Part shown: one piece after another, positions 62,767 to 64,000 of the stretch | Layout: the number at the start of each line of letters is the position of its first letter | Numbering within the stretch: the stretch's first letter is position 1 | NCBI GenBank assembly: GCA_964016885.1 | Contig: OZ024742.1 | Span: forward strand, 219,604,001-219,668,000 | Direction: 5' to 3' | DNA from: Eledone cirrhosa | Taxonomy: Eukaryota | DNA length: 64,000 nt | The notes under the pieces: generated by a model | Databases searched by the model: none | Told to the model about the DNA's origin: nothing | Seen by the model: only the letters and a program-made list of their open reading frames with translations | Program-made: the position numbers and the translations under genes

Positions 62767-64000
62767 GGAAATAATAAGTGTTTCACATCTGACTGGTAAA
62801 ATGACAAGTCAGTCAATCATATTGGTGGCCTCCCCACAGCCCCGGCGGACAGAATGGAGAAGGCGTTTCCCAGAGGACGGCAAGGGAGACGCGCTGCAAA
62901 AGCCATTCCAGCTCGCGAGGCTCACACCTGCGGCTGGCCAGCTCAGCACCTATGGTGGTGCGTAGGGAGGTCGGGCCGAGGACACCACTGGATGGCATCC
63001 CAAATGCTTTGGGGGGACTTGACGTCAGCAGGGGTGACCTCTACTGGGCTAAGTCCCAGCGGATTCCACATCTCACAGGCGGTCTCACGTTCGTTGATCA
63101 CAGAGGGTTCCATTGTGTTTTGGAGAACCCTGCTGACGAGGATGCGGCATGAGGTTATCAACGAAAGAAACGCCAGCAAAGCCAGTGAGATCAGGGACCG
63201 AAGGCCAAGGCCGCCATACCTGACAGGTAAAGTGGCCTGTTGCCATCCAATGTCATCGAACCTGACGTCGCATATCTCCTTGGCTGCTGCTTGGATACAA
63301 GTATCGAGGTCAGCGAGGAGAGATGTCTGAGTGTAGCACGGAGCGCTGCAAAGGTATGGAGGAGCTTTGGCATGGCGAAGCAGTTCCTTGACAGAAAGAG
63401 GGCTGGGTGGCTGGTGATCAAGCCCAGTCGTTTTGTGAGGGTCTGGAGTTGTTGGAGCCTAGACTAGATGGTGGAGTGGATGGCTGGCGGGTGGATCGGT
63501 GACCCAAGGATGAGGACATCCTCTTGGGGGGGGGGGCGGTCACTGTACCTGGTGGAGAATGGACAGCATGTCCGAGACGGAGGCTGCAAAGCTTTCAGCA
63601 TCGAGGCTGACATTCACCACCTCCGACCTGGACGATTTGACCTGGAGGCCGATTCCCGCCAGCGCAGGAACCACCGATTGTAGGTCATGGCAGACAGTCT
63701 CTACGGGCCCGCTCAATGTAGCATCATCCAGATACCAAACGTTGAGAGGGGCCGTGATACTCCGGGCAATGTGGTCTATACCAAGGACAGATGGTCCTGG
63801 CATATGCAGTTAAAGGCATTCCTCATGTCAAGCTTGACAATGAGGTGCCTGGAGTCCCTGGATGCCGGTTCCAGTGGGCAGCTGTTGAAGAACTGCCTGG
63901 TTGCATGTGCAACCCCCTCACAGCCATCGGTCACGCCGACACCCAGTTGCACTGGACTCCTCACCCAGTTCAGGTGTTATGGACCTGCAGACCATCTTGC
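62767..64000 (-). mobile_element. CRE-clade retrotransposon copy C, marking the start of duplication unit C (runs off the window)
   Basis: Same element as 35187-38290: KLDMRNAFN, NVWYLDD, LQRVSLAVL. Retains an RNCFAMPK segment absent in A and B and lacks about 515 bp of the endonuclease region. Confidence 0.9.

Overview
AT-rich animal genomic DNA. The style of the C2H2 arrays, the SINE families and the (TA)n content suggest a coleoid cephalopod such as octopus (inference only). The window is a recent tandem segmental duplication: unit A (<1-35186), unit B (35187-62766, about 27.6 kb) and the start of unit C (62767-64000). Each unit carries a dead CRE-clade retrotransposon, a single-coding-exon CPFC-type glutathione S-transferase on + (13995-14657; 45347-46009), a convergent poly-C2H2 zinc-finger gene on - and many TE relics (Penelope-like, CR1, RTE, SINEs, MITEs). 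Comparing the copies by eye gives the main signals. (1) The two GST CDSs differ at 17 nt, 16 non-synonymous and 1 synonymous, while the adjacent non-coding DNA is nearly identical, which suggests diversifying selection. (2) The ZNF paralogs are decaying in complementary ways. (3) Unit A alone carries a near-intact 4.5-kb Penelope-like element with a hammerhead ribozyme and a 5.3-kb stack of Helitrons and hammerhead-bearing palindromes upstream of the GST, where unit B has a different SINE and MITE. (4) The CRE element has a PHD-like finger and sits in a TTAGGG-like loop. All alignments and counts were done by eye; no searches were run.
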